From NCBI GenBank assembly GCA_030295235.1, contig AP026126.1, forward strand, positions 1 through 64,000: 64,000 nucleotides of DNA, written 5' to 3'. The notes below the pieces were generated by a model. The model had not been told where the DNA came from and did no database searches. It saw only the letters and a list, made by a program, of their open reading frames with translations. This document shows positions 1 to 12,423 of the stretch, piece by piece (position 1 is the first letter of the stretch; every line of letters begins with the position of its first letter). This DNA comes from Fistulifera solaris (Eukaryota). The position numbers were made by a program, and so were the translations under genes.

Positions 1-448
1 ATTATAGAACTAATCGGATGAGAACGAAGCCGGCGATGATGAGACGCGTTTTGATCGTTGCCATTGTCATTCCTTGTTCGACGACGAAGAGGTTGAGCGT
101 TCATTTCTTTTTTTACACGGACGTCAGTCAGATTGAAGTAAGGTTAGCCTGGCATGGCATGGCATGGTGCGACTTTAAGGGCTCTTAATCTTTGATAGTT
201 GAAACGTGAAATCGAGGCGTTCTGTGCTTCATCCGTCCTTGGTTGGAACTTTCTTCTTCTCCAGGCTCCACTCGCTTTTCGCTCTCGATGCATTATTTTT
301 CTACTTTTGTTTCTATTGTTTTGCTCCGCGTTGTGTCTGTGTCTTTCGACAAGTAAAACCAAGTCGACCAGTGCAGCAAGGCACAAGAAAAACAGAAAAC
401 AATCTACATAGCAGTAAAAAAGAATAGTAAGCTGAACTAATCTTAATT

Positions 449-2483
449 ATGGCTTCTTCCGGAAAGTTTGAAAGTAATAATTCAGTGCGAGGACCTCGAG
501 GCTCCTCCGATGGTCCCCGTTCGTCGAACCGAGGAGGACCACGTGAACCGACCCGTAATGAACAGGGTTCATCTTGGAGACGCGGAGGCGAAGGACGCGA
601 TGAAGGTCGGTCGTCGGAACGAAACAATTCGAACAATGAACGAGGACGCTGGCGCGGAGGGGATCGATCGAAAGGAGAAGGAGGACGCTCGTGGCGGGGA
701 GGAGATCGTTCGGGCTCGGATACTGCTCCGTCCAGTGGAGAGCGACCGCGCTTTCAATTGAGGCAGAAAGAGATGCGTGAAAATGAAGATCTGACGGCCC
801 AAATGGAAAAGCTAGATGTTCAAAATAATGATGAAACGACGGCCGACAATAAGGCGAATGACAATAATGAGGCGCCGCCGGGAAGACCCAAACGTGAACC
901 GGAAGTAGTCAATTCGCGTGCGGCAGGATTGTCGGGAGGTGATAACTCGTCTTCCTCTCGACGGGAGGTACGTATATATGACGTCGGAAACAGCGATTGT
1001 AACTTTAGGCTTCCATTTCTGATTCATTTTCTTTTTCAGAATCGTGATCGTGGATCTGCGCCCGGCCGAGGAGGGGGAAGTAATACTTTCCGCCGCGACG
1101 AAAAAGGGCCGCCTCCGACGGCCAACTCGCGTTTTGCAGCAGCAGCCGAAGCGGATCGATCCAATCGTGACGAAAAAGGGCCGCCTCCGACGGCCAACTC
1201 GCGTTTTGCAGCAGCAGCCGAAGCGGATCGATCCAATCGTGACGAAAAAGGCCGCCTCCGACGGCCAACTCGCGTTTTGCGGCGGCAGCCGAAGCGGATC
1301 GATCGAGACGCGAGGAACGAGGACCTCCTCCTGTTGCCAATTCGCGTTTCGCCGCGGCGGCTGAGGCTGATCGATCCAGTCGTGACCATCTTCGTCGCGA
1401 TGAAAGAGGACCACCGCCCATGGCCAACTCTCGATTCGCAGCTGCGGCTGCTTTGGCGGAACAGGAGAATATGGAGCGCGAGCAACGGCGTGCAGAGTAT
1501 GCCGAAGACCGAAAAGCGGGCGTTGGTAGATTTGATCGAGGCGGTCCCCCGTTACCGCAAAGTTCTCGATTTTCTTCGGCGGTCATGGCCGATAGTGACT
1601 ATGTGGATCGTGAAGAGCGAGATCGTCGAAATGCGGAACGTCAAAACGAAAGACATGATGGAGGACCGCGCGAAGATCGACGATTTGGAGGACCACGGGA
1701 AGATAGAGGCTATGGCGGGTCTCGTCATAATTCAGCCCCGGAACCAGAAAAGGATTACTTCGAATTGAGGAAAGAACAAAACAACAAGGTCGCGGAGTTG
1801 CTGAAGCCGAAAGCTCGTCCCGTGGAAGACAATATACTGAAGATTCCTGACAAGCCCGCCCCTCAGCATGAAGAGAACATGCTCAAAATGTCTATCAAGG
1901 AAGTTAAGAAAGAAACGGCACCTGCGACTACACCTAAAGCCAAAGAGCCTGAAGGTTCTGTACCGACTCCTCCGACAAATCATTCGGAAGAATCCCTCCA
2001 GGAATTCATTCGCGGCGACAAGCAAGGGAATGAGTTAAAAGCTTGGTGCGAGTCACAAGGTGCTGCATTACCGCCCGTCAAGCGCTTAGTGTTCAGTCTT
2101 TTATCCGAAAAGAAAAGCTCAATCCCGACATTAATTGCTCGTGGGCGGAGCCCTCCAAGTTCGGTGCTGCGTTCTTGAGTATGGTTGAAGAAGATTTGTA
2201 CGGTCAAATGCAAATTCTCTGGGGTATTCAGCAATATTGCGACAGTCTGGGTTTCCCGAAGCTCAATGATGAGTATATTGTTCAAGCCATGTTCCGGGCC
2301 ATGTACAAGTATGACTTAGCATCCGACGATGCCTTTCAAGCGTGGAAAGAAGACGAGTCGACCGAACACGAAAAGGGAAAAGTGACAGCTATTATTCAAA
2401 CCGTTGATTGGTTCAACTGGTTAGAAGAAGATGAAGAAGACGGTGGCGAAGAAGATGAGGAGGACTACGAAGAAGAGGAATAA
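449..2483 (+). CDS. W2 (eIF4G/eIF5/eIF2B-epsilon C-terminal) domain protein with R/G/D-rich disordered N-terminus and 24-aa repeats; putative translation factor
   Basis: The C-terminus has W2 aromatic/acidic boxes (AMYKYDLASDDAFQAWKED, DWFNWLEEDEE). Intron 968-1039 (GT..CAG). Three ORF pieces join by 1-nt deletions in homopolymers at ~1250 and ~2110. Confidence 0.75.
1095..1452 (+). repeat. Coding tandem repeat, 72-bp unit (RDEKGPPPTANSRFAAAAEADRSN), about 5 copies
   Basis: Copies 1-2 are essentially identical, copy 3 lacks one G, and copies 4-5 are diverged. Confidence 0.9.
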
Positions 2484-2599
2484 ACTAGTAAACTACCGAG
2501 TAGTACTCTTTTCATTTCGTTTCCAGAGTGAGGCTAGTAGAGTAGAATGGTTTATATGGGTGAATAAAGAGTAACTATTCAAGTTTCCTATTGGTGCAT

Positions 2600-3109
2600 T
2601 TATTCGTACCCACATGTAAGTGTGCAGTTTGTGAGCGAAGTTCTTGCTCGAAGCATGATGTAGCAATACCAATCATCGCCGATACCTCGGATATCACAGC
2701 TCTCGGGTGCGTTTCCTGCCGATTCGGCAACACATTCATATTCGGCCCCGTCATTCCAGTCATTGAGGAATTCCGGATAAATCCAGTAGCCTTCGTAATC
2801 TGTCATGTACAAGTTCACATTACCATCCTGACAGCTGACTTCACAAGAGCAAAAGTCGCGTCGATCGTTCGAGGGAGCCAAATAATACAAACGGAAAAGG
2901 CCGATAGGTAAAGCCGCAATCTCCGAGGTTTGTCCTGATTCGAGCAAAATACCTCGTTGCGGACCGTTGCATTGATGCAGCATGTTGCGATCGAAGAGTG
3001 TTTCGAACGACATATTGTAGACACCGAAGGTTGCAGCGACAAAGAGCAGCAACGTGCTTACGAGAGCAATCAATGTTCGGGAGACCTTTCTTTCCGTTCG
3101 CGCAGTCAT
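2600..3109 (-). CDS. Small Cys-rich protein with N-terminal hydrophobic anchor/signal and a PPC-like (bacterial pre-peptidase C-terminal) domain, copy A
   Basis: Intact 169-aa ORF. GNVNLYM...YECVAESAGNAPESC...YIMLRARTSLTNCTLTCGY follows the PPC pattern GDADLYV..YDC....GN.E.C..YYV.L.A. Confidence 0.6.
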   Translation of the reverse strand: MTARTERKVSRTLIALVSTLLLFVAATFGVYNMSFETLFDRNMLHQCNGPQRGILLESGQTSEIAALPIGLFRLYYLAPSNDRRDFCSCEVSCQDGNVNLYMTDYEGYWIYPEFLNDWNDGAEYECVAESAGNAPESCDIRGIGDDWYCYIMLRARTSLTNCTLTCGYE

Positions 3110-3797
3110 GTTTGAGATTAGTCAGATGAATAACAACAAGGAGGGAAAAAAGGCTCTAAATGCAGAAAGGCGAGGATTGGGGCGAGAGATTTTTGATGGG
3201 TGAACAAACTGGGCGGTGATCGGCGGAATGAATCTCTTACTGACATGAAGCGAAGTGTCAACGCGTCAACGGCTTTATTTCACTATAGGAGACTATGCAT
3301 AATAATATTTGTTACCGTTGACGTCCTTAATTTCTTAGGAGTTCCGTCCGTGTGACTCAGATTGATAGTACTTTCCCTTGCAACACTGACACGACAGGAT
3401 CGCCAATGACCGAATATTTAGCCTATATATTGAACGTCTTAAACGTGTGTTTGCCTAAGTAAACAAGAACGCAAAAGAAAACGTCATCTTGAATCCGAAC
3501 CCTAAGACCAGTTTCAAAAGTTTCGTCCACTTATTTGGCCAGGAAGGAGGCTATTGATTTGGCTCTTGTTGATCTAATTTCGAATTAGACCAACCTAAGT
3601 TTTAAATAGAAGAGTAAATGTCCCTATAGATGACTGAATGAAGCGTAAGGATGGCCAACCATGATGCCTTAAGAGACATTTAAAGTGGCTATTATATCAC
3701 AGGAAAAATGCTGCATTAACTTAGTCTAGATACTTGTAAAAGAATCGGAATAACTCTGCCTAATTTGTTATCAGGTCTTATTAAACTACATATGCTT

Positions 3798-4315
3798 TTA
3801 GACGTATTCACAAACCATATTGCAGCCGGTGGCGGCAGTTCTGGCTCGTACCATCGAGTAGCAGTACCAGTCATCATTCACTCCACGAATCGAGCAACTC
3901 TCTTTAGTATTGCCGCTTCGCTCGGAAACGCACTCGTACTCTTCTTCTGGGTTCCAGTTGTTGAGGAAATCAGGATAAATCCAGAAGGCTTCGAGATCGG
4001 TCATGTACAAATCGACATTGCCCGTAGCGCATACCACATCACACTGACAAAAGTCGTTTCGGTTGGCACTCGGAACCGGCATGTAGTAAAGCCGGACCGT
4101 AGCACGAGGCATAGCTGCCACGAAACTGGTTTCTCCGGGGAGAGCTTTTGACCTCGTTTCGGACCGTTGCATTGATGAAGCATGTTGCGGTCGAGAAGAG
4201 TCTCGAATGAAACAGAGCCGTTGTAGACACCCAAAGCGCTTGCGGCAAAGAGCAAGGCAGTGCTGCCGAGAGCAACCAAGCTGCGAGAGATCTTGCGTGG
4301 TTCTTCAGTTGTCAT
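3798..4315 (-). CDS. Paralog (copy B) of the PPC-like Cys-rich protein
   Basis: Aligns over its full length with 2600-3109 (DRNMLHQCNGP, GNVDLYMTD, DDWYCY). One C is missing in a C-run at ~4140, splitting the ORF. Confidence 0.65.
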
Positions 4316-5177
4316 GTCAATAGAGCTTTCAGAAATAATAGCGAGTGAATGCTTCTTGCCCTGCAATGCTGCTCGGGGAAGAGAGGGCGCTTTTGAGACG
4401 ATGTGAGAGGCTCGTTGGGAAATTTCCCAAGTTTGACATCGGCATTCGGCAGGCTATTTTGTGTATAATACCAAATTGTATCGTACTGAGAGAGTCACGT
4501 GTTACTTCGTCGCCATCTCTACTCTACAACACTATTGTAGCACGCGCTCTTTCGTTATTGTTTAGAAATACTTTTGTCGTTGATATGTTCATAACTCCGG
4601 TAAAATGTGCTAACCAGAGTACAGTCAATCGTACTTCACAAATGAAAAATGACCGTTTCATTTTCTAGAGAAATATCGATTTTCGAGAAATTGACAATGG
4701 TCGATAGTCGACCTGACCTTACCATGTATAGACTTCATGTGCATCGTCAATGGTCTAGCTACTTGTACTACGATCTCGCTATGTTCCTTCGCGTCACATT
4801 TTGAGTGGATTTGTCTTCTGATTCGTTTCCCTTTTGGAAGAATCAACTTTGTTCTGAGAGGTTGTCAAATACGAAACAATCATGCCCCAAAGGTTTACAA
4901 CCGTTCAGCTCAAAGGGAGATGCACGGCAAGTTTTCGATCATCCTCGAATAAGGGATGCGTTCGAAAAGTAGCAGAACCTTTTCTATTTCCCTGGGACGT
5001 GGGTTATCCCGTTCGACAATAATGCTGATACGACGATATTGTACAGTCAGAGATGCAACGATGTAAATTCAAACTTGTTGAGTAGTTGATTCGACACAAT
5101 CAAAATTCTAAAGCTAAGGAACCTACAAAAGAAGATCCTCAGGGCGCCCTTCGATAACTTTACAAGGGCTTCTAGCG

Positions 5178-7268
5178 CTAACAGGAATCCGATCGAGCCT
5201 GTCGAATCGCTTTCATTTGATCGTTGTAACGCGCGGAACATTCCATCAGAGCCAGGTTGCCAGCATTTTTACGCTCTTCCGCCTCCTCTCCCTTTTTCTT
5301 CCACATCTCAACTTCGGCATCATTACCGCCTTCCAGATGCAAAGCATTATCTTTTTCCTCGCAATAACCTTCTTCGGTCATTGCGTTTGATATAGCGGTC
5401 AAGATTGGGTCTGATTCATTCAGTTGGCTTGTAAAACAATCCACCACGGCTTGGTAATATTCGACTGCTTCTGTATCCGAAACAGCTTGGGCATCCGATT
5501 GAGCACGCATGGCTTTACTCACTTCTATGGATAGAAATAAGGTCAAAAGTTACGAATTCCTGCGCGATGCACAAAGCTGTAAGGGAGATCCGATTGTGTG
5601 TGAACACGAACCGCGACACTTACCGAACCCACCGCATCCCGGTTTGATTGCGACGGGGCAATCATTTTCGTCGTGACGTTCCGAGCACACCCTCTGTATG
5701 AACTCTAGAAAGGGCGCTTCATCATTCGGCTGTTTCTGTAGGATATTAGATGTAAAAATCTGATACAACAGGTCTTCTCCTTGAATGTCGACGAGAATCT
5801 GGTTACGCACGATGGCCAAGTACGTCTTTTCAGACACATGAGACCCCAGAAGTGAAAGAAGATTTCGATAACGTGATTGACAGATGCGTTCTATCAAGAT
5901 TTCTTTCTTCTCTGATAACATGGTTGTTGACTCTTTTCCGCTGATAGAGAGCTCTATAATTGCACTAATTCTAGCTCGGTCGACTGTAAGGTCCACGGCG
6001 CCATCTTTTGAGAGTATATTCTCGGTTCGTAGTGCGTCCAAAATTTTTTTCGCCAGATCTGCATCAATAATACCTTCCATTTCCAAATCTCTCGATGTGA
6101 GAATGCCGTAGTAGCTCCGAGGAATTTGAAGGAAAACGAAACCTTCACCCAGCGCCAGGCGATGATCGTTTGCCTGTTGAACAAAATCCACGAGACTCTC
6201 GACCCGTGACGCGATATGTTGCACTCCTTGTCCGAGCTGTTCCAAAAAGCCGTGAACATGACCTACAGCACTCAAAGCATTGTTGATTGGAAGATATACC
6301 TGGCTTTGATCCCGTAATGCAGTTGCTGGATTCGTTGTTTGCAACAGTGAAGTGTTTCCGGTGACAGTGCTTTCGATCTGAGCTTCTCCGGCAGCAACGA
6401 CGCCCGCATTAAAGTCGACTTTGGGAGTAAATCCGAGCGTATCGTGCAGAATATCAAGAAAATCGGTTCGACTGTGAACGTTCGAAACCCAGTGATCGAA
6501 ATAGGCTGGATACGTTGGTTGGTGGAACTCAGACTTCACCTCCTCGAATCCTGTTGCCTCGTAAAACGCATCTTCACTAGAATTTTCAATAAAACGAAGA
6601 ATCGTTCCCTCGTCCGGTTGTTGTTTGTTGTTGTCTCGATAGTATGCGTATACTTCCAATACTTTGACATGGTGCCCGATGTTTTGGTAGCTGTCGATCA
6701 ATTTCGGATGCTTTTCTTGATACCGCTTCAAAATTACGCGTAGATCATTGACTGCAAATCCCAGAACGCCAATACCCAAATGCCCATCGTGTGCTCGAAG
6801 AAAGCGGTCATATTTCTCTGGATCATTGAAAAGAACATGAGAAAAAGACATTGCGGCATACAAAAAGGAGAAATCTCATTGACTACTCTCACCCTCGGTA
6901 AACAAACTTGAAGAGGAAATGGGTTCCGTATTTCGGGCAGTTAAAATGAATTGTACTCCACGGGGGTCCTTTGAGGTGACTAGCAATCTTTGTGGTCCTA
7001 CTTTTGTTATCCGAAATCCTAAGCCCGCTAAGAATTGCTTCACAATGTCACGTCCGTGTGAAACGAATGTAGGAGATGAACCCATTCCAGGTAGCTGCTC
7101 CCACGCCTGATTCCTAAACTGATTATCATCGCAAGAGCGGCTAGCATGATGCTGGTAGAAGGTATTGAGCGTTTCCTGAAGCTGCTGATAGCTTGATAAC
7201 TTGTCCAAATGATCTACAAATAGTTGCACATGAGAGAAGGACACCTGGAAAGTGCTTGGTTCGTCCAT
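5178..7268 (-). CDS. HPD: 4-hydroxyphenylpyruvate dioxygenase-like (VOC family) with internal insertion and ~120-aa C-terminal extension
   Basis: Iron-ligand motifs DHWVSN, GVQHIA and FLEFIQR, plus LLYQIFT and CGGFG-IRNF. Introns 6892-6818 and 5623-5560. 1-nt T-run deletion at ~5547. Confidence 0.8.
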
Positions 7269-8161
7269 TGTCGAAAAAATAAAGAAGCTAAGCGCAAGAA
7301 ATGAGGATTGATAGCCGGCAAAATTAAGACTGTTCTACTATCGTCTGGATTCGCAGAATCAATGGAAAGTGTGGTAAGAAATGGTGATGGCATGGTTGTT
7401 CTTTTCATGGTCCATTTATGCCAAAACGGTGCGAAAAGAATTCGGCGTGTTGACACTTTTGTTTGAATGGGTACCGCTAAGACTTGTACTTGAATACGGA
7501 GTAATACCTATTGAGTGACATTCATTCGGGACTAAAAACCTCCAGTCAGAATAATTGCAAAAGATCTATGGTAAAATCTCCAATTGGTGATCTCATTTCA
7601 TGGGAGAAAACTAAGGTAGGGCAATGTCCATTGAATAGAAAAATTAAAATGAACAGATTTTCTGAAACGGTTACTTCGCATTTTTGTGAAACAGTTCCTT
7701 CATGCAAAAGTTCATGGCTGAGCAGTCAACAACAACTTAAGCCTATTTTTCATTCGATTGTGAATGATGCAATCATGCTATTTTTCAGGAAAAGAGACCT
7801 GCCCCATTTAGTTAGTGCTGAGTAAGATCGAACCCAAACTTGAATCTTAGCACATCAGCACTGATTTTGACTTTATAGGATATAGCTTTACACTTTCTTG
7901 ACGATATTGGTAACAATTGAAGCTCCTATAACATAGGTTGATGCATTTGGTGATTCTCTCTACCTAGGCTAACGTCGATTTCGGCCAAAGAAAGAACAAT
8001 CAGATCCGCTCATTCATAGGGTATTATTCAATTTTCGATGAAATCGTTTGGCGTACAGAGTCCATTTGTAATTGCAGCTTCCGACAAGCAATTTTGTTGC
8101 ATCATTTTATGACTAATCAAAGCTACGCACTTTTTCAAACAAATCAAAACGGTTGAAATCA

Positions 8162-10150
8162 TTAACGGCTTCGAAATCCCTCTTCAATGTCAGGATTTGC
8201 ATCTTGAACGGTCGACGACAGCGTGCGTGCCCGCAACGGACTTTGCACAACTGCTCCAGAGGACGAAGTCACTGAGTCGGCATGGCTGAGAATACGCAAC
8301 AATCCTACCACAGGACGGCCTGTGGGACCCAGAGGTATATTGTGTTGACGACTGGGTGTGCTGCTATTGTCATCGAGCGGCATGTTCAAATGCGACGGAA
8401 TGTCAGTTCGACAGATGGGACAACTACGAGCCTGAAGAAGCCATTCTCGACAACACTGTTTGTGAAAAACATGCTTGCAATACGTTTCAACCACGACATC
8501 TGATCGTCGAAAATCCTCCATGCAAATGCAGCATTCTCTGGGATAATCACCGGAGGTCACATTCTGTACTATTGGGAGCATCTCGATGCATGTGCTAGGA
8601 GCCCCTGTATTACTGTAGGCCGCCGGAAAGACTGGTTGTGACGCTCCAGACTGTGACATTTGCGAAGATGAGGGATTGTAACCATTGTACGTCAACAAGG
8701 CCGCCACTATGCAGAATGGAAGGAGGTATCCGCAAATAATCGTAGCCCATGCCGCAATACTCAGAGAAATAAAAGCAGCACTTGCATTGTAAAGTTCTGG
8801 AGCCGTGTCACGGCATGTATTGTCACGATCCACAAAGACTGAATTGATCCCCAAGCGCAATACCAGCACGGCATAAATCAAATAGGCAATGTTGTACGCC
8901 ACCACACGCACCGGGATTCGTTGATTCGATGTTCCGTCCCACGAAAACACAACGCGCATAATATCTGTCCGAAAGACGTCGAGGACCAACTGCAGCGTCA
9001 CTAACCAAAAATAAGGTTTGAGCGGTACGTCACAGCTCTTGTCAAACGATACAACGTAAGAACTAGTGAGTACCACCCAACATACCAGTACTGCGAATAA
9101 GAGCAGACTGAATAAGAGCGCAACGAAGGTAATCACCAACTGGAATCGACGATTGATGCGGATCCACCTCATACGGGCTCTCCGTTCCGGGTCGTTGCTA
9201 TCGGAGGGCTCTGTCGCGTGCAGGGATGAATTAGATATTCGAGCCGGAGTTCCTGGTGTTCTCGAGAGATCTATCGATCCTCCTTGTACGTTTGACGCAT
9301 CTCCCTGTATTGGGCTCGTCATAGTATTCAAGCTATTGTTGCTGGCGTCGGTGGTCATCTCGATGGAAGACCTTCCTGGGGTTGATGGCCCGTGATAATC
9401 TGTCGCTACAATGTGATTATTTTGGCGGATGTTATCATGGGGTAAAAAAGTTAAAGCTCGTGAATGAGCCGAACACGGTAATTCTTCTGTAGCGGCGCGT
9501 CCGCGGCGTCGTCGTACTCGAGGCGCTTGCAATAAATGATTACGAAGACGCGCCGCGTCCGGTTCAGATTGAGTGCGATGCCGTGGAGGCCTCCGATGAT
9601 CACTTTCCATGGAAGGTTCATAACTAGCATCACAGTTCAAATCAAAATTGTTGCATAAGCGCGGACGAATCATGGTTATTTGGTTGCAGTGCTCGTCATC
9701 TTTGTCGTCTGAGTGATGTGCATCGTCGCTTTCTTTGACTTCTCGTTTCGCCCGAATCCAGTTTGTAATAGCGGCCATGCCGGCATCTAAGGACGCTCGG
9801 AGCCCCATTTTCGGGGCATCACCGTCGCATACTGCTGACTCATAGTAAAATGAACCAGAAGGATCTTCGCTTAAAGAAATGCTTATTCTCGCAAGAGGTG
9901 TCATCGGAATGCTACTAGAACAAAGAGGATCATCCATTCGATGATCCTCACTTTCAGGATCGTGCAAACACGGAAACGTGTCTTCGATTCGTACTGACGA
10001 CTCTTCTTTACTGGATTCATTCGAAAAGTCACAGGAATACCGTGAACTGGTTGTTGAAAGCGGGGAAGAAGCCTCGGTGTCGCAATCCTGTATTCTTTTC
10101 TCCGCCATCGACAGAGGATCCTCCCGATCCGTTGCTCCTTTCGCTCTCAT
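8162..10150 (-). CDS. Multi-pass membrane RING-H2 E3 ubiquitin ligase
   Basis: C-terminal CCIC...CKHVFHKQC...W...CPIC (C3H2C3), preceded by about 4 hydrophobic segments and a long disordered N-terminus. Confidence 0.85.
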   Translation of the reverse strand: MRAKGATDREDPLSMAEKRIQDCDTEASSPLSTTSSRYSCDFSNESSKEESSVRIEDTFPCLHDPESEDHRMDDPLCSSSIPMTPLARISISLSEDPSGSFYYESAVCDGDAPKMGLRASLDAGMAAITNWIRAKREVKESDDAHHSDDKDDEHCNQITMIRPRLCNNFDLNCDASYEPSMESDHRRPPRHRTQSEPDAARLRNHLLQAPRVRRRRGRAATEELPCSAHSRALTFLPHDNIRQNNHIVATDYHGPSTPGRSSIEMTTDASNNSLNTMTSPIQGDASNVQGGSIDLSRTPGTPARISNSSLHATEPSDSNDPERRARMRWIRINRRFQLVITFVALLFSLLLFAVLVCWVVLTSSYVVSFDKSCDVPLKPYFWLVTLQLVLDVFRTDIMRVVFSWDGTSNQRIPVRVVAYNIAYLIYAVLVLRLGINSVFVDRDNTCRDTAPELYNASAAFISLSIAAWATIICGYLLPFCIVAALLTYNGYNPSSSQMSQSGASQPVFPAAYSNTGAPSTCIEMLPIVQNVTSGDYPRECCICMEDFRRSDVVVETYCKHVFHKQCCREWLLQARSCPICRTDIPSHLNMPLDDNSSTPSRQHNIPLGPTGRPVVGLLRILSHADSVTSSSGAVVQSPLRARTLSSTVQDANPDIEEGFRSR

Positions 10151-10890
10151 TCCGGCCTTTTATAAAGAAGCGCAAAGTATTCTCTTCTGAAAAACGCGCG
10201 ATTGGGTAGGCGGTGTGGCCCTTTTGCATGCAAAGGACAATAAAATTAACCGTTTTCTTATTCTCTCGTCCGCACTGCACCGCTTCCGGCTTTTCTCCGC
10301 AGTTGATTACCAGTATGTCACTTCAGTGCTGGGTCACGAAAATGACGTCTACACGAGGGTGATGGTGCGGTTTCCGTTGAACTACACTAGCTTATCCTTG
10401 AACTGTACACACAAGTCAGACACTACCCCCCCTGCGCGCTTCTCGTTGGTGGCTGGCAGGCGACTACTCGGCGACAGCCAAAAAACGAGGGAAAAAGGTG
10501 CTTGCGGCTTGCGGCGCCCGCACTTTCGTCCGGATTGTTGCGCAAACGACCATGAGTGGACCTTGTTGTTCGTTCTTATTCAAACAACGAGTATCCGTTC
10601 TTTTTCTCGGTTTTTCGCTCTTTTCATTCTTGGTAAGTGCAGAAATGCGTTGCAGCATTTCGGATGCATGCGATTGGAAAAGAAACGAGGCTGAATACCG
10701 TTGTAGAGTGTCTTAATTGTTGCAATAAGTGCTAATTCATCGATTCTCTTTTTGTCATTCATGCGGAATATCTCATTTGCGAACTTTCATTGTGCGTAGA
10801 GAATTAAGGACAAGAGAACATTCCATTGATAAAACAAAAATCCCCGCTTCTTCTTCGGCACATTAATAAACAAACATACAAAAGGACAGC

Positions 10891-12053
10891 ATGTCGAATA
10901 ATAATGACAATTGGATCGATTCCATGATCGATGTGTTGCTTTCCGCACGCAACAAGAAACCGGGTGCACCGATTGATTTGCAAGAACGGGATATTTCGCA
11001 GTTGTGCATTCAAGCCCGCGATATTTTCCTCAATCAACCCATGCTTCTCGAATTAGGAGCGCCAATCAAAATTTGCGGTGATACGCACGGTCAATACACG
11101 GACTTGTTGCGTCTCTTTGAATATGGTGGATTTTCCTCCGGAGGTTAGTGCAGTGTGCGGCGCCTTCGCTGTGGGCATCTCGAGTCTTCCGATTCGTGAA
11201 CGACACATTGACATGTTTGCCTTTGCTACTTATCTCACTCTCGATTCATTCTCATTGTTATCAAAACAGGCAAACTACTTGTTTCTAGGTGATTACGTCG
11301 ACAGAGGCAAACAGTCGATAGAAGTAGTCTGTCTTCTTTTGCGTACAAGATCAAGTATCCAGAAAACTTCTTCTTGCTCCGCGGAAATCACGAATGTGCC
11401 GGTATCAACCGTATCTACGGTTTCTATGACGAGTGCCGTCGTCGCTTCTCGGTTAAAATGTGGAAGCAATTTTGTAACACGTTCAATTGCTTGCCCTGCA
11501 CGGCAGTGATTGATGACAAAATTATTTGCATGCACGGTGGACTGAGTCCAGAACTTGCACAGATGGAGCAAATTGCTAACATTGCCCGGCCTTGTGACGT
11601 GCCGGATACGGGACTTTTGTGTGACATTCTATGGGCGGATCCGGATCCGAGTATTACGGTACGAACACTGAAGATGGAGGTCTGTGTCGTGCTTTTAATG
11701 TATTTCCTCTGAACAGTTAACTTCTCTATTCGTACTACCCGCAGGGATGGGGTGAAAACGATCGAGGTGTATCATTTACGTTTGGCGGAGATGTAGTGCG
11801 TCAATTCTTACGCCGTCACGACTTGGACCTGGTCGTTCGGGCGCACCAAGTTGTCGAGGATGGTTACGAATTCTTTGCCGGTCGAGAGCTCGTCACTGTA
11901 TTCTCAGCTCCCAACTATTGTGGTGAATTCGACAATGCCGGTGCCATGATGACAGTAGACGATACACTCATGTGCTCGTTCCAGATCCTGAAACCAGCCA
12001 CACAGCAACAACAACGTGCTGGGTACGGTAGAGCAGGTACTCCTTCGAGGTAA
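10891..12053 (+). CDS. PP1: Serine/threonine protein phosphatase 1 catalytic subunit
   Basis: [44 protein letters not shown] and [11 protein letters not shown]. Introns 11144-11269 and 11659-11744. Homopolymer indels at ~11133 and ~11340. Confidence 0.97.
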
Positions 12054-12233
12054 AGAAAGACCAAGCAATAGCAGTAATGCGATCTAAGTAAAGGTGAATT
12101 TTTCTAAACCTGTGTAATGCCCTTAGGTTCAATTTTTATTCACGAAAATCCGGAGGCGGATGTGAAAAACATTTTTCTAGTGACCTGATCATTCTGTCAT
12201 CAGAAATGAATTGCATAGTCTATGACTGAAGAT

Positions 12234-12423
12234 CTATTCATTCAAGACAGTAATTCTTGCTCGACAGTCCTCCTGCGCTTTCTCAACAAGAGCAAACGCT
12301 GCTTTTTGCAAAGCTTCTGCTTCATCATCCGTCAGAGTTCCCAAATGATCCTCGTCATTGTCGTCATAGATTCCGTAAAAATGGCGGGGGGACCACTTGT
12401 CGCGTACTAACTTCTCCATCCAT
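12234..12423 (-). pseudogene. Short or truncated homolog of the 16684-17145 orphan protein
   Basis: FYGIYDDN...LTDDEAEALQKAAFAL resembles FYGIYNDG...LSSDDVGALQSAALSL. It stops after about 62 codons. Confidence 0.4.

Noticed and set aside
1095..1452. 72-bp repeats as a CRISPR array
   Set aside because: Head-to-tail units with no unique spacers, in-frame coding, eukaryotic context and no cas genes.
10891..12053. PP1 (and other split genes) as pseudogenes or programmed frameshifts
   Set aside because: All breaks inspected are homopolymer indels of both signs with motifs intact, so sequencing error is more parsimonious.
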